DNA of 64,000 nucleotides from an uncultured Clostridium sp. (GCA_948436975.1 CAOJJB010000001.1:14005-78004); one strand, 5' to 3'; positions 38,088 through 48,927 are shown, counted from the first letter of the stretch. Made by a program: numbers and translations. Notes: generated by a model not told the origin, from the sequence alone.

Positions 38088-40223
38088 TTATATTGTATCA
38101 AATTCTAGTTCTACTTTGAATAAATCTCCATCTACTTTTAAATCAAATTTACCTTTTTGTAATTCTGTTAAACTTTTTGAAATAGATATTCCTAAACCAC
38201 TCCCTTCTGTTGTTCTAGATTTATCTCCTCTTACAAATCTTTGCATTAACTCATCTGGAGTAATATTTAATCTTTCTTTTGATATATTTTTTACTTCTAT
38301 TTTTACCTTTTTATTATTTTTATTTATATCAATATACACCCTTGAACTCTCTAAAGCATATTTTGATATATTGCTAAATATGTTTTCAATAATTCTATAC
38401 ATATATCTATTATCTGCATTTATAAAAATTTCTTTATCAGGAATATTAGATATTATTTCAAGTTTTTTCTCCTTAAATTTATCTTCAAATTCACCTGTTG
38501 TTTGTTTTATTAATTCACAAATATTTATTCTTTCTATATTTAATTTTACATTTCCAGAAGATGCTTTAGATGCTTCTACCAAATCCTCTGTTAATTTTTT
38601 TAATCTTTGAGATTTATTATCTAAAATTTCTATATATTCTTTTATTTTTTCATTTTCTATATTTTCTTTTTTTAATAAGTCCACATAATTAATAATTGAA
38701 GTTAAAGGAGTTTTTATATCATGAGAAACATTTGTTATTAATTCAGTTTTTAATTTTTCTGATTTAATTCCTTCTTCAATAGCGTTTTTAAATCCACTTG
38801 ATATATCATTAATATATTTTACAATCTCTTGAAATTCTGGAGTAAATTCTGATCTGTTTAATTTCGTACTATTATCTCCTTCATATATTTGTTTTAAATG
38901 TATCTCTATTTTTTTATAACAATTTATTCTTTCAACAAATTTATAAAAAATATAAGCTGATCCAATTAAAGCTATTACAAATCCAAAACCATTTAAAACT
39001 ATTATTAAAATAATTACACATATAAAATATAATATTATTCCACATATTAATTTTGAAGTTATATTCCATGAGTTTGTTGTTTCTTTAATAAATTTTCTTA
39101 ATTTATTTAAAATATTTGTTATTGTATTTAAACACCATTTATATATCTTTCCTGTTATACTTTCTTTTATTAATACTTTTGCTTTTATTCTTTTAATAGT
39201 TGTTATAGTCATTATTGCACATAATATATATGAAATGAAATATCCTGTTATAAAAAAGCTTACTAAAAAATTAAAATATTTTTCTGAAAAATAGCTCATA
39301 AATTCAAATATTACTGCTATAATTATTGATAATAGTATTATTCCTACTAAAAAGATTATTTCTATTGGTATTTTATCAAAATCATTTAAATCTATTCCTT
39401 CTTTTCCTTTTGTATGACCTATTGATATAATTAAATAAATACTAATTACTATTATTAAAATTGAACATATTGGAACAGCATATAAAAACTCATTTTCATA
39501 ATTATTCAAATTTATTATACTATTCCTTAAAAATATATCATCATTTGTTTCAACAACTTCTTCTACATAACTAGTGTATATTTGAAAATCTTCTATTTTT
39601 GTTGTATAAAATTCTTTTATATTACTATTAGAATTTATATTATTTACAATTATATCTTGCTCTATTTTTTCTGACTCATATTTTTGTATATCATTGTTTA
39701 TTGAATAGTAAGTTTCTTCAAAATCGTCATAATATTTTATTGCTTTATTTGAAATAATTTCTGATTCTGATTCTACATTACCATTTATTATATTTGTTTT
39801 TTTAGAATTTTGATTTGAAATATAATTCTTTATCTTTTCTACTGTATTTGTTTCTGCAGTCAATTCAACATTTGTTAAAGCTATATTTTTATATAAAATA
39901 ATATAATAATAATCTTTTATCTGTCTATAATATTGTTCATTTATATCGTTGTTATAACATATTTTAAAATCACCATCTTTTATGCTATTATAACTTTCAT
40001 TATTAAAAATTAAATTATAAGCTTGCCTTGATAATCTTGTCATATATTGATTTAAAAATTCTTCTGTTTGAAAAAAGGAAGAATCATATTTATTATATTC
40101 AATATATTCTTCTTTTTGTGTTAAATAAAATAAAGATATAATTAATGTTAATATTAGTATCGGTAATGTTATATAACTAATTAATCTTAAAATTCTATTT
40201 TCTCTCATATTTTTCTCCTTCAT
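38088..40223 (-). CDS. sensor histidine kinase with large extracytoplasmic sensing domain flanked by two TM helices
   Basis: HisKA (NVSHDIKTPLTSIINYVDLL) and HATPase_c (GSGLGISISKSLTELQKG). N-terminal TM then a ~230-aa Asn/Tyr-rich extracellular region, followed by a multi-TM segment. Confidence 0.85.
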   Translation of the reverse strand: MKEKNMRENRILRLISYITLPILILTLIISLFYLTQKEEYIEYNKYDSSFFQTEEFLNQYMTRLSRQAYNLIFNNESYNSIKDGDFKICYNNDINEQYYRQIKDYYYIILYKNIALTNVELTAETNTVEKIKNYISNQNSKKTNIINGNVESESEIISNKAIKYYDDFEETYYSINNDIQKYESEKIEQDIIVNNINSNSNIKEFYTTKIEDFQIYTSYVEEVVETNDDIFLRNSIINLNNYENEFLYAVPICSILIIVISIYLIISIGHTKGKEGIDLNDFDKIPIEIIFLVGIILLSIIIAVIFEFMSYFSEKYFNFLVSFFITGYFISYILCAIMTITTIKRIKAKVLIKESITGKIYKWCLNTITNILNKLRKFIKETTNSWNITSKLICGIILYFICVIILIIVLNGFGFVIALIGSAYIFYKFVERINCYKKIEIHLKQIYEGDNSTKLNRSEFTPEFQEIVKYINDISSGFKNAIEEGIKSEKLKTELITNVSHDIKTPLTSIINYVDLLKKENIENEKIKEYIEILDNKSQRLKKLTEDLVEASKASSGNVKLNIERINICELIKQTTGEFEDKFKEKKLEIISNIPDKEIFINADNRYMYRIIENIFSNISKYALESSRVYIDINKNNKKVKIEVKNISKERLNITPDELMQRFVRGDKSRTTEGSGLGISISKSLTELQKGKFDLKVDGDLFKVELEFDTI

Positions 40224-40224
40224 T

Positions 40225-40923
40225 TTAATTTATTTTTTCAATTTTATAGCCTATTCCCCATATTACTTTTAAATATTTAGGATCTTTTGGATTTATTTCA
40301 ATTTTCTCCCTTATATGTCTTATATGCACTGCAATTATATTCTCAGCAGCATAAGCTTCATCATCCCAAATATTTTGATATATTTGTTCAATTGAAAAAA
40401 CTATTCCTTTATTTTTAGTTAAAAATTTTAAAATATTATATTCTGTTGGTGTTAACTTTACTTCATTTCCTTCTACTACTACTTTTTTTAAATTATCATC
40501 TATTATAAGTTCCCCTGTTTTATATATATTCTGATTATCTTCATTTTCAAAATTTCCAAACTTTGTATATCTTCTTATTCCTGAATTTACTCTAGCTATT
40601 AATTCTAAAGGATTAAATGGTTTTGTTACATAATCATCAGCTCCAAGATTTAATCCTTTTATTTTATCTTCATCTTCTGATTTAGCTGAAAGCATTATAA
40701 CAGGAATTGATGTTTTTTTTCTAATTTCATTTAAAGTATCTATTCCATCTTTTTTGGGCATCATTATATCTAATATAACTAATTGAACTGTATTATTTTT
40801 TAAAACATCCAAAGCTTCTTCTCCATCATAAGATTTTAATACATTATATCCTTCCTTAGTTAAATAAATTTCAATTGCTTTTACTATTTCTTTGTCATCA
40901 TCACAAACTAAAATATTATACAT
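40225..40923 (-). CDS. OmpR/PhoB-family response regulator
   Basis: Receiver domain (LVCDDDKEI...LDIMMPKKDG...KSEDEDKIKGLNLGADDYVTKPF) and winged-helix output (IWGIGYKI). Its start overlaps the stop of the kinase by 1 nt. Confidence 0.9.
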   Translation of the reverse strand: MYNILVCDDDKEIVKAIEIYLTKEGYNVLKSYDGEEALDVLKNNTVQLVILDIMMPKKDGIDTLNEIRKKTSIPVIMLSAKSEDEDKIKGLNLGADDYVTKPFNPLELIARVNSGIRRYTKFGNFENEDNQNIYKTGELIIDDNLKKVVVEGNEVKLTPTEYNILKFLTKNKGIVFSIEQIYQNIWDDEAYAAENIIAVHIRHIREKIEINPKDPKYLKVIWGIGYKIEKIN

Positions 40924-41662
40924 TTTTTAACTCCTATCTTTAAAAAATAATTATTATGAAAATTATTATATCAATTTTTTTATTATTTTTAAAGTATTTA
41001 TATTATAACAAAAGATTATTAAGAAAAAATAGAGAATTTATTAAGAAATTATTAATTTAATATATTAGTTATTGTAAAACATTTTAGATATAAAATTTCC
41101 AAATTTTTCTATAAAATTTTTTGAATATTTTTTTTAAAATTAGTCATAATAATATTATAAAATTTATATTAGCCTAACTTAGATATAATTTTTATTAATA
41201 AGTTATTTATAAATAACTTATTACTGATAATTATTTCGAGTAAAGATATAATTTATTGAATGAAATCCATTTAGTAAATTATGTCGGTCACAAAGAGTAT
41301 ATTATGTGCTTGATAGTTCTTTAACTTAACAATTTTTTTCTAATATAAATAAAGGATTTGAAAAGTATGTAATATATTTGAAGTTATGATTATTCTTTTA
41401 TTCAAAAGTGGTTATTTATAATCCTTTTTAGGACGAATATAGCTATTTCGAGTGGATTTATAGTCTAGCAACTGATTAGTATATGTGGTATATGGCTTAC
41501 TTGTATAGTAATATACATTAGGTCAGACTACTATGTATATTAGTTTTAGCTGAAAGTTAATATAAGTTTTATCATGATAAATGCCATAAAGTGTATTCTT
41601 TATGGCATTATCAATTTTATTCAGTTTAATTTATATTTGTTAAATTTTATATAAAATAGTAT

Positions 41663-43591
41663 CTATATATCTAAATTTTTTACATATTTAGCGTTTTGCT
41701 CTATAAATTCTCTTCTTGGATTTACTTCATCTCCCATTAACAATGAAAATACTGAATCTGCTGATATAGCATCATCCATTGTTACTTTTACTAATGTTCT
41801 TGTTTCTGGATTCATTGTAGTTTCCCAAAGTTGTTCTGGATTCATTTCTCCTAATCCTTTATATCTTTGTATTCCTAATTGATCTCGTGATATTCCTTTT
41901 TCTTCTAATATTTTAAATTGTTTATCTAAATCTTCATCTGTATAACAATATATATCTTCCATTCCTTTTTTAGATAACTTAAATAGAGGTGGTTGTGCTA
42001 AATATACATTTCCATTTTCTATTAATGGTCTCATATATCTAAAGAAAAATGTTAATAATAATGTTCTTATATGTGCTCCATCAACATCTGCATCAGCCAT
42101 TATTATTACTTTTCCATATCTTATTTTTGTTATATCAAAATCTGGTCCTATACCTGCTCCTACTGCTAATATTACAGGATTTAATTTATCATTTCCATAT
42201 ATTTTATCAGCTCTTGCTTTTTCAACATTTAACATTTTTCCCCATAATGGAAGAATTGCTTGAAATTTTCTATCTCTTCCTTGTTTTGCACTACCTCCAG
42301 CTGAATCCCCTTCTACTATATATACTTCACATTCTTCTGCTATTTTACTACTACAATCTGCTAATTTTCCAGGAAGTGTTGATGTTTCTAATGATGTTTT
42401 TTTCCTTGCAAGTTCTCTAGCTTTTCTTGCTGCTTCTCTTGCTCTTGAAGCACTGATACATTTTTCCAATATAGATTTTGCTATATTAGGATTTTCTTCT
42501 AAAAAATTAGATAAGTGTTCATTCATCATAGATTGTACAACACCTGTAACTTCACTATTTCCTAATTTAGTTTTAGTTTGTCCTTCAAATTGAGGTTCTT
42601 TTACTTTTACTGATATAACTGCTGTTATTCCCTCTCTTATATCATCTCCTACTAAATTAGCATCTTTTTCTTTTAGTATATTTTTACTTCTAGCATAATC
42701 ATTAAATACTTTTGTTAATGATCTTTTAAAACCTTCTAAATGAGTTCCACCTTCTATTGTATTTATATTATTTACAAAAGTATAAATATTTTCTGAATAA
42801 CTTGTTGTATATTGTATAGCTATTTCTACAGGATATTCTCCATCTTTTTCTATGTATATTGGTTGAGGATGTAATTTTTCTTTATTTCTATTTAGATATT
42901 CAACAAAAGAATTTAATCCACCTTCAAAGCAAAATTGTGCTTTTCTTGGTACTTCTTCTCTTAAATCTTCTATTTCTATATTTAATCCTTTTGTTAAAAA
43001 TGCCATTTCTCTAAATCTGTTTTCTAATACTTCATATTCATAATCCAAAGTTTCAAATATTGTACTATCTGCAAAAAATCTAACTTTAGTTCCTGTTTTT
43101 TCAGAATCTCCAATTCTTTCAAGAGTTTTTACTGTTTTACCTCTTTCAAAACTCATTTGATAAATTCCACCATCTCTTTGAATTGTTACTTCTGTCCATT
43201 CTGATAAAGCATTAACTACTGATGAACCAACACCATGTAGTCCTCCTGATACTTTATAACCACTATCTCCTCCAAATTTTCCTCCAGCATGTAAAACAGT
43301 ATAAACTGTTTCTGCTGCTGATAATCCTGTTTTTGCATGTTTATCAATTGGAATACCTCTACCATCATCTTCAACACATATTATATTACCTGGTTCTATT
43401 TTTATATTTATATTTTTACAATATCCTGCTAAAGCTTCATCAACTGCATTATCTACTATTTCATAAACTAAATGATGCAATCCTCTAACAGAAACACTTC
43501 CTATATACATTCCTGGCCTTTTTCTTACAGCTTCTAATCCTTCTAATACTTGTATTTGATCTGCTTTATATTCATGTTCATACTTTTCCAT
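41663..43591 (-). CDS. gyrB: DNA gyrase subunit B
   Basis: GHKL ATPase motifs ([21 protein letters not shown]), TOPRIM (EGDSAGG) and a C-terminal tail. 642 aa. Confidence 0.95.
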   Translation of the reverse strand: MEKYEHEYKADQIQVLEGLEAVRKRPGMYIGSVSVRGLHHLVYEIVDNAVDEALAGYCKNINIKIEPGNIICVEDDGRGIPIDKHAKTGLSAAETVYTVLHAGGKFGGDSGYKVSGGLHGVGSSVVNALSEWTEVTIQRDGGIYQMSFERGKTVKTLERIGDSEKTGTKVRFFADSTIFETLDYEYEVLENRFREMAFLTKGLNIEIEDLREEVPRKAQFCFEGGLNSFVEYLNRNKEKLHPQPIYIEKDGEYPVEIAIQYTTSYSENIYTFVNNINTIEGGTHLEGFKRSLTKVFNDYARSKNILKEKDANLVGDDIREGITAVISVKVKEPQFEGQTKTKLGNSEVTGVVQSMMNEHLSNFLEENPNIAKSILEKCISASRAREAARKARELARKKTSLETSTLPGKLADCSSKIAEECEVYIVEGDSAGGSAKQGRDRKFQAILPLWGKMLNVEKARADKIYGNDKLNPVILAVGAGIGPDFDITKIRYGKVIIMADADVDGAHIRTLLLTFFFRYMRPLIENGNVYLAQPPLFKLSKKGMEDIYCYTDEDLDKQFKILEEKGISRDQLGIQRYKGLGEMNPEQLWETTMNPETRTLVKVTMDDAISADSVFSLLMGDEVNPRREFIEQNAKYVKNLDI

Positions 43592-43607
43592 TTTTATCCT
43601 CCTAAAA

Positions 43608-43853
43608 TTATAACACTCTTTTTATTATTGTATTTACACTAATATTTGTTATATATGCTCTTTTTATTTTATTTTCTTCTATTAGTATAAATGACTTTTG
43701 TTTATTATCAGAAATTTTTATAATTGCTTTATTATCTTCTAACTCTTTATACAAAGATTTATACTCTTTTGTATTTTTTACATAATCTATATTAAATATT
43801 GCAATTATATATTTACTATTTATAATAAAGTCTTTTCCTATATGCAAATACAT
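43608..43853 (-). CDS. remB: DUF370 family protein (RemB/YaaB-like)
   Basis: 81 aa in the canonical position between recF and gyrB. M.LH.G.D..I....IIAI..D pattern. Confidence 0.6.
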   Translation of the reverse strand: MYLHIGKDFIINSKYIIAIFNIDYVKNTKEYKSLYKELEDNKAIIKISDNKQKSFILIEENKIKRAYITNISVNTIIKRVL

Positions 43854-43870
43854 TTAATCAATCCTTTCTT

Positions 43871-44941
43871 TTAGACTTCCTTACAAACTCCATTTTCTAC
43901 AAAATATATTGAACTTTTATTATTTATATTTATTTGGTCTGTACAAGTTATTATTACTTGATTTCCCTCTATATTTTCTAAAAAATTTTTTCTTCTTTTT
44001 TCATCTAATTCAGACATAAAGTCATCTAACAATAATATAGGTGAATCATTTAATTCCTCTGTTACTATTTCTAATTCACATAGCTTTAATGTTAATACTA
44101 CAGTTCTTTGTTGACCTTGTGATCCAAATATTGAAACTGGTTTATCATTTACATATATAATAAAATCATCTCTATGTATTCCAATTGAAGTAAATCCTCT
44201 TTTTATATCAAAGCTTCTAGTTTTTTTTAAATTTTCTAAAAATGAATTTTTATCTTTACTATTAGTTATATACTTTATTTTTATATATTCTTTTCCACTT
44301 TTTGTTATTAAATTGTGGATATCTTCTATTTTATTTTCAAATTTATCTATAAAATATTTTCTATATTCATATATTTTTAAAGCATATTCTGATAATTGTT
44401 CATCCCAAATTTCTAACATTGAAATATTTTTATTTTCTATCTTTATTTGTCTTAAATAATTATTTCTTTGTTCTAATATTTTATTATAATTATTTAATAA
44501 ATGTATATAATTAGGTTTCAAAGAACTAATCATCATATCTAAAAATCTTCTTCTTTTTTGTGGTCCATTTTTAATTATTTCTATATCATCGGGTGTAAAA
44601 ATTACAATATTTATTTTTCCTATTATATCACTTATTTTATTTTGTTTTATATTATTTATATAAAAAGTCTTTTTATCATTAATTTCTGCACTTATTCTCC
44701 CTTTTCTATCTACTTTTTCGTATTCAATTTCTACTTTTGAAATTTCTTTATCAAATTTTATTAACTCTTTATCTTTTTTGGTTCTAAAAGATTTTCCATA
44801 TGAACATAAATATATTGATTCAATTATATTAGTTTTTCCTTGTGCATTATTTCCATAAATTATATTTATATTTTTATTTAATTTTATTTTTTCATTATTA
44901 TAATTTCTAAAATTTTCGAGTAATATATTATTTACATACAT
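43871..44941 (-). CDS. recF: DNA replication and repair protein RecF
   Basis: Walker A GNNAQGKTNIIESI, SMC-like signature and Walker B LLLDD. Confidence 0.9.
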   Translation of the reverse strand: MYVNNILLENFRNYNNEKIKLNKNINIIYGNNAQGKTNIIESIYLCSYGKSFRTKKDKELIKFDKEISKVEIEYEKVDRKGRISAEINDKKTFYINNIKQNKISDIIGKINIVIFTPDDIEIIKNGPQKRRRFLDMMISSLKPNYIHLLNNYNKILEQRNNYLRQIKIENKNISMLEIWDEQLSEYALKIYEYRKYFIDKFENKIEDIHNLITKSGKEYIKIKYITNSKDKNSFLENLKKTRSFDIKRGFTSIGIHRDDFIIYVNDKPVSIFGSQGQQRTVVLTLKLCELEIVTEELNDSPILLLDDFMSELDEKRRKNFLENIEGNQVIITCTDQININNKSSIYFVENGVCKEV

Positions 44942-45026
44942 TTTTTACCCCTATGTACTTTTAATTGTCAATTTCTATTTTATGTGCCTTTTTACTTTCC
45001 ACTTTTTGTTATCTTACTGTTTATAA

Positions 45027-46142
45027 CTATTCTTTCATTTTTATTGGCAATATCATATATATATAATCTCCTTCTCCAACAGGTCTTATTATACATGGTG
45101 ATCTATTGGTACCAAACTCTATATAAACTTCTTCATCATCTATTGCTTTTAATGCATCTAAGAAAAATCTTGGATTAAATCCTATTTCTAATTCTTTTCC
45201 TTCTGTTTCTATATTAATTTCTTCTTTTGCATCTCCTGTTTGATTAGCACAAGAAATTGTTACTTTTTCTATTTCAATTTTTATTTTTACAGGATATTTT
45301 TTTTCTTTTTCTATTGATGATGATGATATTAAAGATATTCTTTCAAAACAATTTTGTATATTATTTTTATTTACTTTTATTCTAGTTTCCCAATTTTGAG
45401 GTATTGTATTTGAATATTTTAAAAACTCACCATCTAATAATCTTGTTACTATTTTACAATTTTCCATTTCAAATAGAGCTTGGTTTCTTGATATACCTAT
45501 TTTTACAGTATCAAAAGAATCTGATATTATTTTATTTACTTCATTTAATGTTTTTCCTGGTATTACACTATTAAATGTTTTTACATCTCCATTTAATATA
45601 TGGTTTTTTATTGCTAATCTATACCCATCTACTGCTACAACATTTAATTTATTTTCATTTACTTCAAATAAACAACCAGTAAATATAGGTCTGTTTTCTT
45701 CTGTACTTACAGCAAATATTGTTTTTCTTATCATATTTTTAAGTACAGTTTGTTCAATTTCAATTGAATTATCTACATTTATTTTTGGTAACTCTGGAAA
45801 TTCATCTGGATTCATTGTTGCTAATTTATATAGTGAACCTTCACATTCAATTTCTAATAAATTATTTTCATTTATATTTAATTTAATTTCTGCTACTGGT
45901 AATCTTTTTATTATTTCACTAAACATTACAGCATTAACTACTGTTGACCCCTGTTCTTCTATTTGAGCTTCTAAAATATATTCAATTCCTATTTCTAAAT
46001 CATAAGAAGTTAATTTTAATTCATTATCATTAGTTTGTATAAGTATACCTTCTAATATAGGCATAGTTGTTTTTGAAGCAACTCCATTTATAACGGAAGT
46101 AATACCTTTTAAGATTTTTTCTTTCTCACAAATAACTTTCAT
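45027..46142 (-). CDS. dnaN: DNA polymerase III beta sliding clamp
   Basis: 371 aa with a three-domain beta-clamp pattern, immediately downstream of dnaA. Confidence 0.9.
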   Translation of the reverse strand: MKVICEKEKILKGITSVINGVASKTTMPILEGILIQTNDNELKLTSYDLEIGIEYILEAQIEEQGSTVVNAVMFSEIIKRLPVAEIKLNINENNLLEIECEGSLYKLATMNPDEFPELPKINVDNSIEIEQTVLKNMIRKTIFAVSTEENRPIFTGCLFEVNENKLNVVAVDGYRLAIKNHILNGDVKTFNSVIPGKTLNEVNKIISDSFDTVKIGISRNQALFEMENCKIVTRLLDGEFLKYSNTIPQNWETRIKVNKNNIQNCFERISLISSSSIEKEKKYPVKIKIEIEKVTISCANQTGDAKEEINIETEGKELEIGFNPRFFLDALKAIDDEEVYIEFGTNRSPCIIRPVGEGDYIYMILPIKMKE

Positions 46143-46459
46143 TTTTTTCTCCTTTTATAAAATAATATAAATAGTAGTATTAGTTATAGGTGTTGTGAAT
46201 TTGGTGGAAAAGTCTTGAATACCTTTATTTCCCTAATAAAAACTATGTGTAAAAATATGTGAATAAAATTAAAAATTATCCACTTTATTCAATATCATTT
46301 GTGAATATTGAGTTATTAACAAGATATATACATGATTTTCACAATAATATGTGGAAATCTTTTTAGGCTATTCCGTAAGTGTTAATAGCTCATCTTTTGT
46401 AAAAAATATGTTTGTAAAACATTTTTTTTAAAATAATTTAATATTTATTTATTTATAAA
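46143..46459. promoter_or_regulatory. oriC, dnaA-dnaN intergenic part (DnaA boxes plus AT-rich unwinding element)
   Basis: DnaA-box-like 9-mers TTATCCACT (~46277) and TGTGGAAAT (~46349), plus GGTGGAAAA. A very AT-rich stretch lies adjacent to the dnaA stop (tttatttatttataaattaatt). Confidence 0.5.
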
Positions 46460-47806
46460 TTAATTAGAGTCTTGAATAATGTTTTTCACACTTTCCACAA
46501 TTAATTTTGTGTTTGTTTTTTCTTTTATTTCTTTTTCTATTTTATTTACGGCATGCATAACTGTAGTATGATCTCTATTTCCGAAATCAGCTCCAATTTT
46601 AGGAAAAGACATTTGAGTTATTGTTCTGCAAAGATACATTGCTATTTGTCTTGGATATGCAATATCATTTGATTTTTTTGAAGAAATTAAATCTTTTTTA
46701 TCAATATTAAAATATTTTGATACTACTTCTTGTATATAATCAGCAGAAATTACTTTTTCTTTTTGAAGTACAATATCATTAATAGATTTTTCAGCTATTT
46801 CTATTGTTATTTGACTATGTGTTAATGCAGCATAAGCTACTATTTTATTTAATGCACCTTCTAATTCTCTTATGTTTGAATCTACTTTTGTTGCAATAAC
46901 AGATAATATATAGTCATCTATTAATATTTTATCAGCTTGTACTTTTTTTCTGAGTATAGCTAAACGTGTTTCATAATCTGGCATAGATATATCAGCAAGT
47001 ATTCCCCATTCAAATCTAGATTTTAGACGTTCTTCTAATAAAGGAATATCTCTAGGTGGTTTATCACTAGAAATTATTATTTGTTTTCCATTTTGATGTA
47101 AACTATTAAATGTATGAAAAAATTCTTCTTGACCAGTCTTTTTTCCAGCTATAAATTGAATATCATCTATTAGTAAAACATCTATATTTCTATATTTGTT
47201 TCTAAATAATTCATTTTTATAATTAGCATCTTTTATTGAGTTTACTAATTCATTAATAAATTTTTCAGATGTTACATATAAAACTTTTGTATTAGGATTA
47301 TTTTGTATTATTTTATTTCCTATTGCATGCATTAAATGAGTTTTACCAAGTCCTACTCCACCATAAATAAATAATGGATTATAAGCTGTTGCAGGAGATT
47401 CTGAAACAGCATATGCAGCAGCTTGTGCAAATTTATTATTATTTCCTATTACAAAGTTATCAAAAGTATATTTTGGATTTAAAAAACTATTTGTGTAGTT
47501 TTCAGTTTTTACAAAATTTGTTTCTTTTTCTTCTTCAAAATTATTTTGATTTTTTTCTGTTTTTTCTATAATTTCTATTTCGCAATTTTTATTAGTTATA
47601 AAATTAAATGTGTTACAAACTAAATCAAATAATCTTGATTCTATAGCATCTTTTTGCATTTTTGAAAGTGCTACTAAAACAATTTTATTATCATTTATAT
47701 ATTGTATTTCTAAATTTTTAATCCATGTTGTATATGAAATAGTAGTCATCTCTTCTTTTAAAAGATCTTTTACTTTTGTAAGTAAGTCATTCTTATCAGA
47801 ATACAT
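46460..47806 (-). CDS. dnaA: chromosomal replication initiator DnaA
   Basis: AAA+ Walker A GGVGLGKTHL, sensor motifs and a C-terminal DnaA-box-binding HTH. 448 aa. Confidence 0.95.
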   Translation of the reverse strand: MYSDKNDLLTKVKDLLKEEMTTISYTTWIKNLEIQYINDNKIVLVALSKMQKDAIESRLFDLVCNTFNFITNKNCEIEIIEKTEKNQNNFEEEKETNFVKTENYTNSFLNPKYTFDNFVIGNNNKFAQAAAYAVSESPATAYNPLFIYGGVGLGKTHLMHAIGNKIIQNNPNTKVLYVTSEKFINELVNSIKDANYKNELFRNKYRNIDVLLIDDIQFIAGKKTGQEEFFHTFNSLHQNGKQIIISSDKPPRDIPLLEERLKSRFEWGILADISMPDYETRLAILRKKVQADKILIDDYILSVIATKVDSNIRELEGALNKIVAYAALTHSQITIEIAEKSINDIVLQKEKVISADYIQEVVSKYFNIDKKDLISSKKSNDIAYPRQIAMYLCRTITQMSFPKIGADFGNRDHTTVMHAVNKIEKEIKEKTNTKLIVESVKNIIQDSN

Positions 47807-48153
47807 TTTTTTAGAAACCCACCCTTTCTATAAATTTTATCCACAAGGTTGTCCACATAAAACTTGTAAAACTTACAAAATACAATATTACAAATATTAA
47901 CAATATGTGGAAAACCTAAAATTCCTTTTTATACATTATGATGATATAATATCAAAAAAAAAATAAAATATCAAGTTAAAATTAAAAATAAAATTTATTT
48001 TACTTTAGGGCGATAAGAGTTACAAATTTTATTAATTACTTGACTTTTTTAGAACAATTATAGTATAATCTATATTACTTGTGAATAAATATAAAATATT
48101 TAATTCAAATAATAAGTAAAAAATAAAAATATATATAAATTAGGAGGTGCAAA
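47807..48153. promoter_or_regulatory. oriC, rpmH-dnaA intergenic part with consensus DnaA boxes and divergent promoters
   Basis: TTATCCACA at 47837-47845, TTGTCCACA at 47849-47857 and TGTGGAAAA at 47906-47914. Confidence 0.6.
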
Positions 48154-48288
48154 ATGAAAAGAACATACCAACCAAAAAAAAGACAAAGAAATAAAGTGCA
48201 TGGATTTAGAAAAAGAATGCAAACTAGAGCAGGAAGACAAGTTTTAAAGGCAAGAAGAAATAAAGGAAGAAAAAAAATCTCAGCTTAA
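48154..48288 (+). CDS. rpmH: 50S ribosomal protein L34
   Basis: [44 protein letters not shown] (44 aa). RBS taggaggtg. Not in the ORF track because it is under 60 aa. Confidence 0.9.
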   Translation: MKRTYQPKKRQRNKVHGFRKRMQTRAGRQVLKARRNKGRKKISA

Positions 48289-48360
48289 TAGAAAAGGGGC
48301 AATATAGCGCCCTTTTTTTTCTAACAGTTATTTTTTGTTAGAAAAAGGAGAGTATTAACA

Positions 48361-48705
48361 ATGAAAAATACTATAATGATGAAAAAAAATTATGAATTTA
48401 AAAATCTTTTTTCAAAGGGAAAATTTTATTATGGTCAATATGTTCATATGTATATAAAAAGAACAGAAAAAAATTATAATAAATTGGGAATAGCAGTATC
48501 TAAAAAACAAGGAAAAGCAGTAAAGAGAAATAAAATAAAAAGATTAATTAGAGAGAATTATAAAATCTTTGAAAATAGGATAGAGAAGGGACTAAACATT
48601 TTAATAATAATAAATAAAGAAAAAGATATTAAAGAAATAACATTTAAAAATGTTGAAGAAAATTTTTATAAAATATTAAAAAAAGCAAATGTTTTGGTAA
48701 ATTAA
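48361..48705 (+). CDS. rnpA: ribonuclease P protein component
   Basis: Basic 114-aa protein with the KLGIAVSKKQGKAVKRNKIKRLIRE motif, directly after rpmH. Confidence 0.85.
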   Translation: MKNTIMMKKNYEFKNLFSKGKFYYGQYVHMYIKRTEKNYNKLGIAVSKKQGKAVKRNKIKRLIRENYKIFENRIEKGLNILIIINKEKDIKEITFKNVEENFYKILKKANVLVN

Positions 48706-48706
48706 T

Positions 48707-48916
48707 ATGAAGAAAATATTTATTTTAATAATTACATTTTATCAAAATAATATATCTCCATTGCTGGGAACTAATTGTAAATATCAACCAACTTGTTCTG
48801 AATATACAAAACAAGCAATAGAGAAATATGGTGTTTTAAAAGGTGTAATAAAAGGAATAAAAAGAATTTTAAAATGTAATCCATTCTCAAAAGGTGGATA
48901 TGATCCATTAAAATAG
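48707..48916 (+). CDS. yidD: membrane protein insertion efficiency factor YidD
   Basis: 69 aa with NCKYQPTCSEY and GGYDP motifs. Confidence 0.8.
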   Translation: MKKIFILIITFYQNNISPLLGTNCKYQPTCSEYTKQAIEKYGVLKGVIKGIKRILKCNPFSKGGYDPLK

Positions 48917-48927
48917 AGGAGGAAAAT

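Noticed and set aside
33576-41696. 12-bp inverted repeat aaaacgctaaat at 33575-33586 (upstream of gyrA) and 41686-41697 (inside the 3' end of gyrB) as candidate insertion-boundary repeats
   Set aside because: It is inverted rather than direct, and one copy lies inside the gyrB coding sequence. The length is within chance expectation for this AT-rich window, so it is not convincing as a target-site duplication.
42049-43488. Plus-strand ORFs 42049..42420 and 43222..43488, Leu/Phe-rich
   Set aside because: Antisense to gyrB. The Leu/Phe-rich composition is an artefact of reading an A-rich coding strand in reverse.
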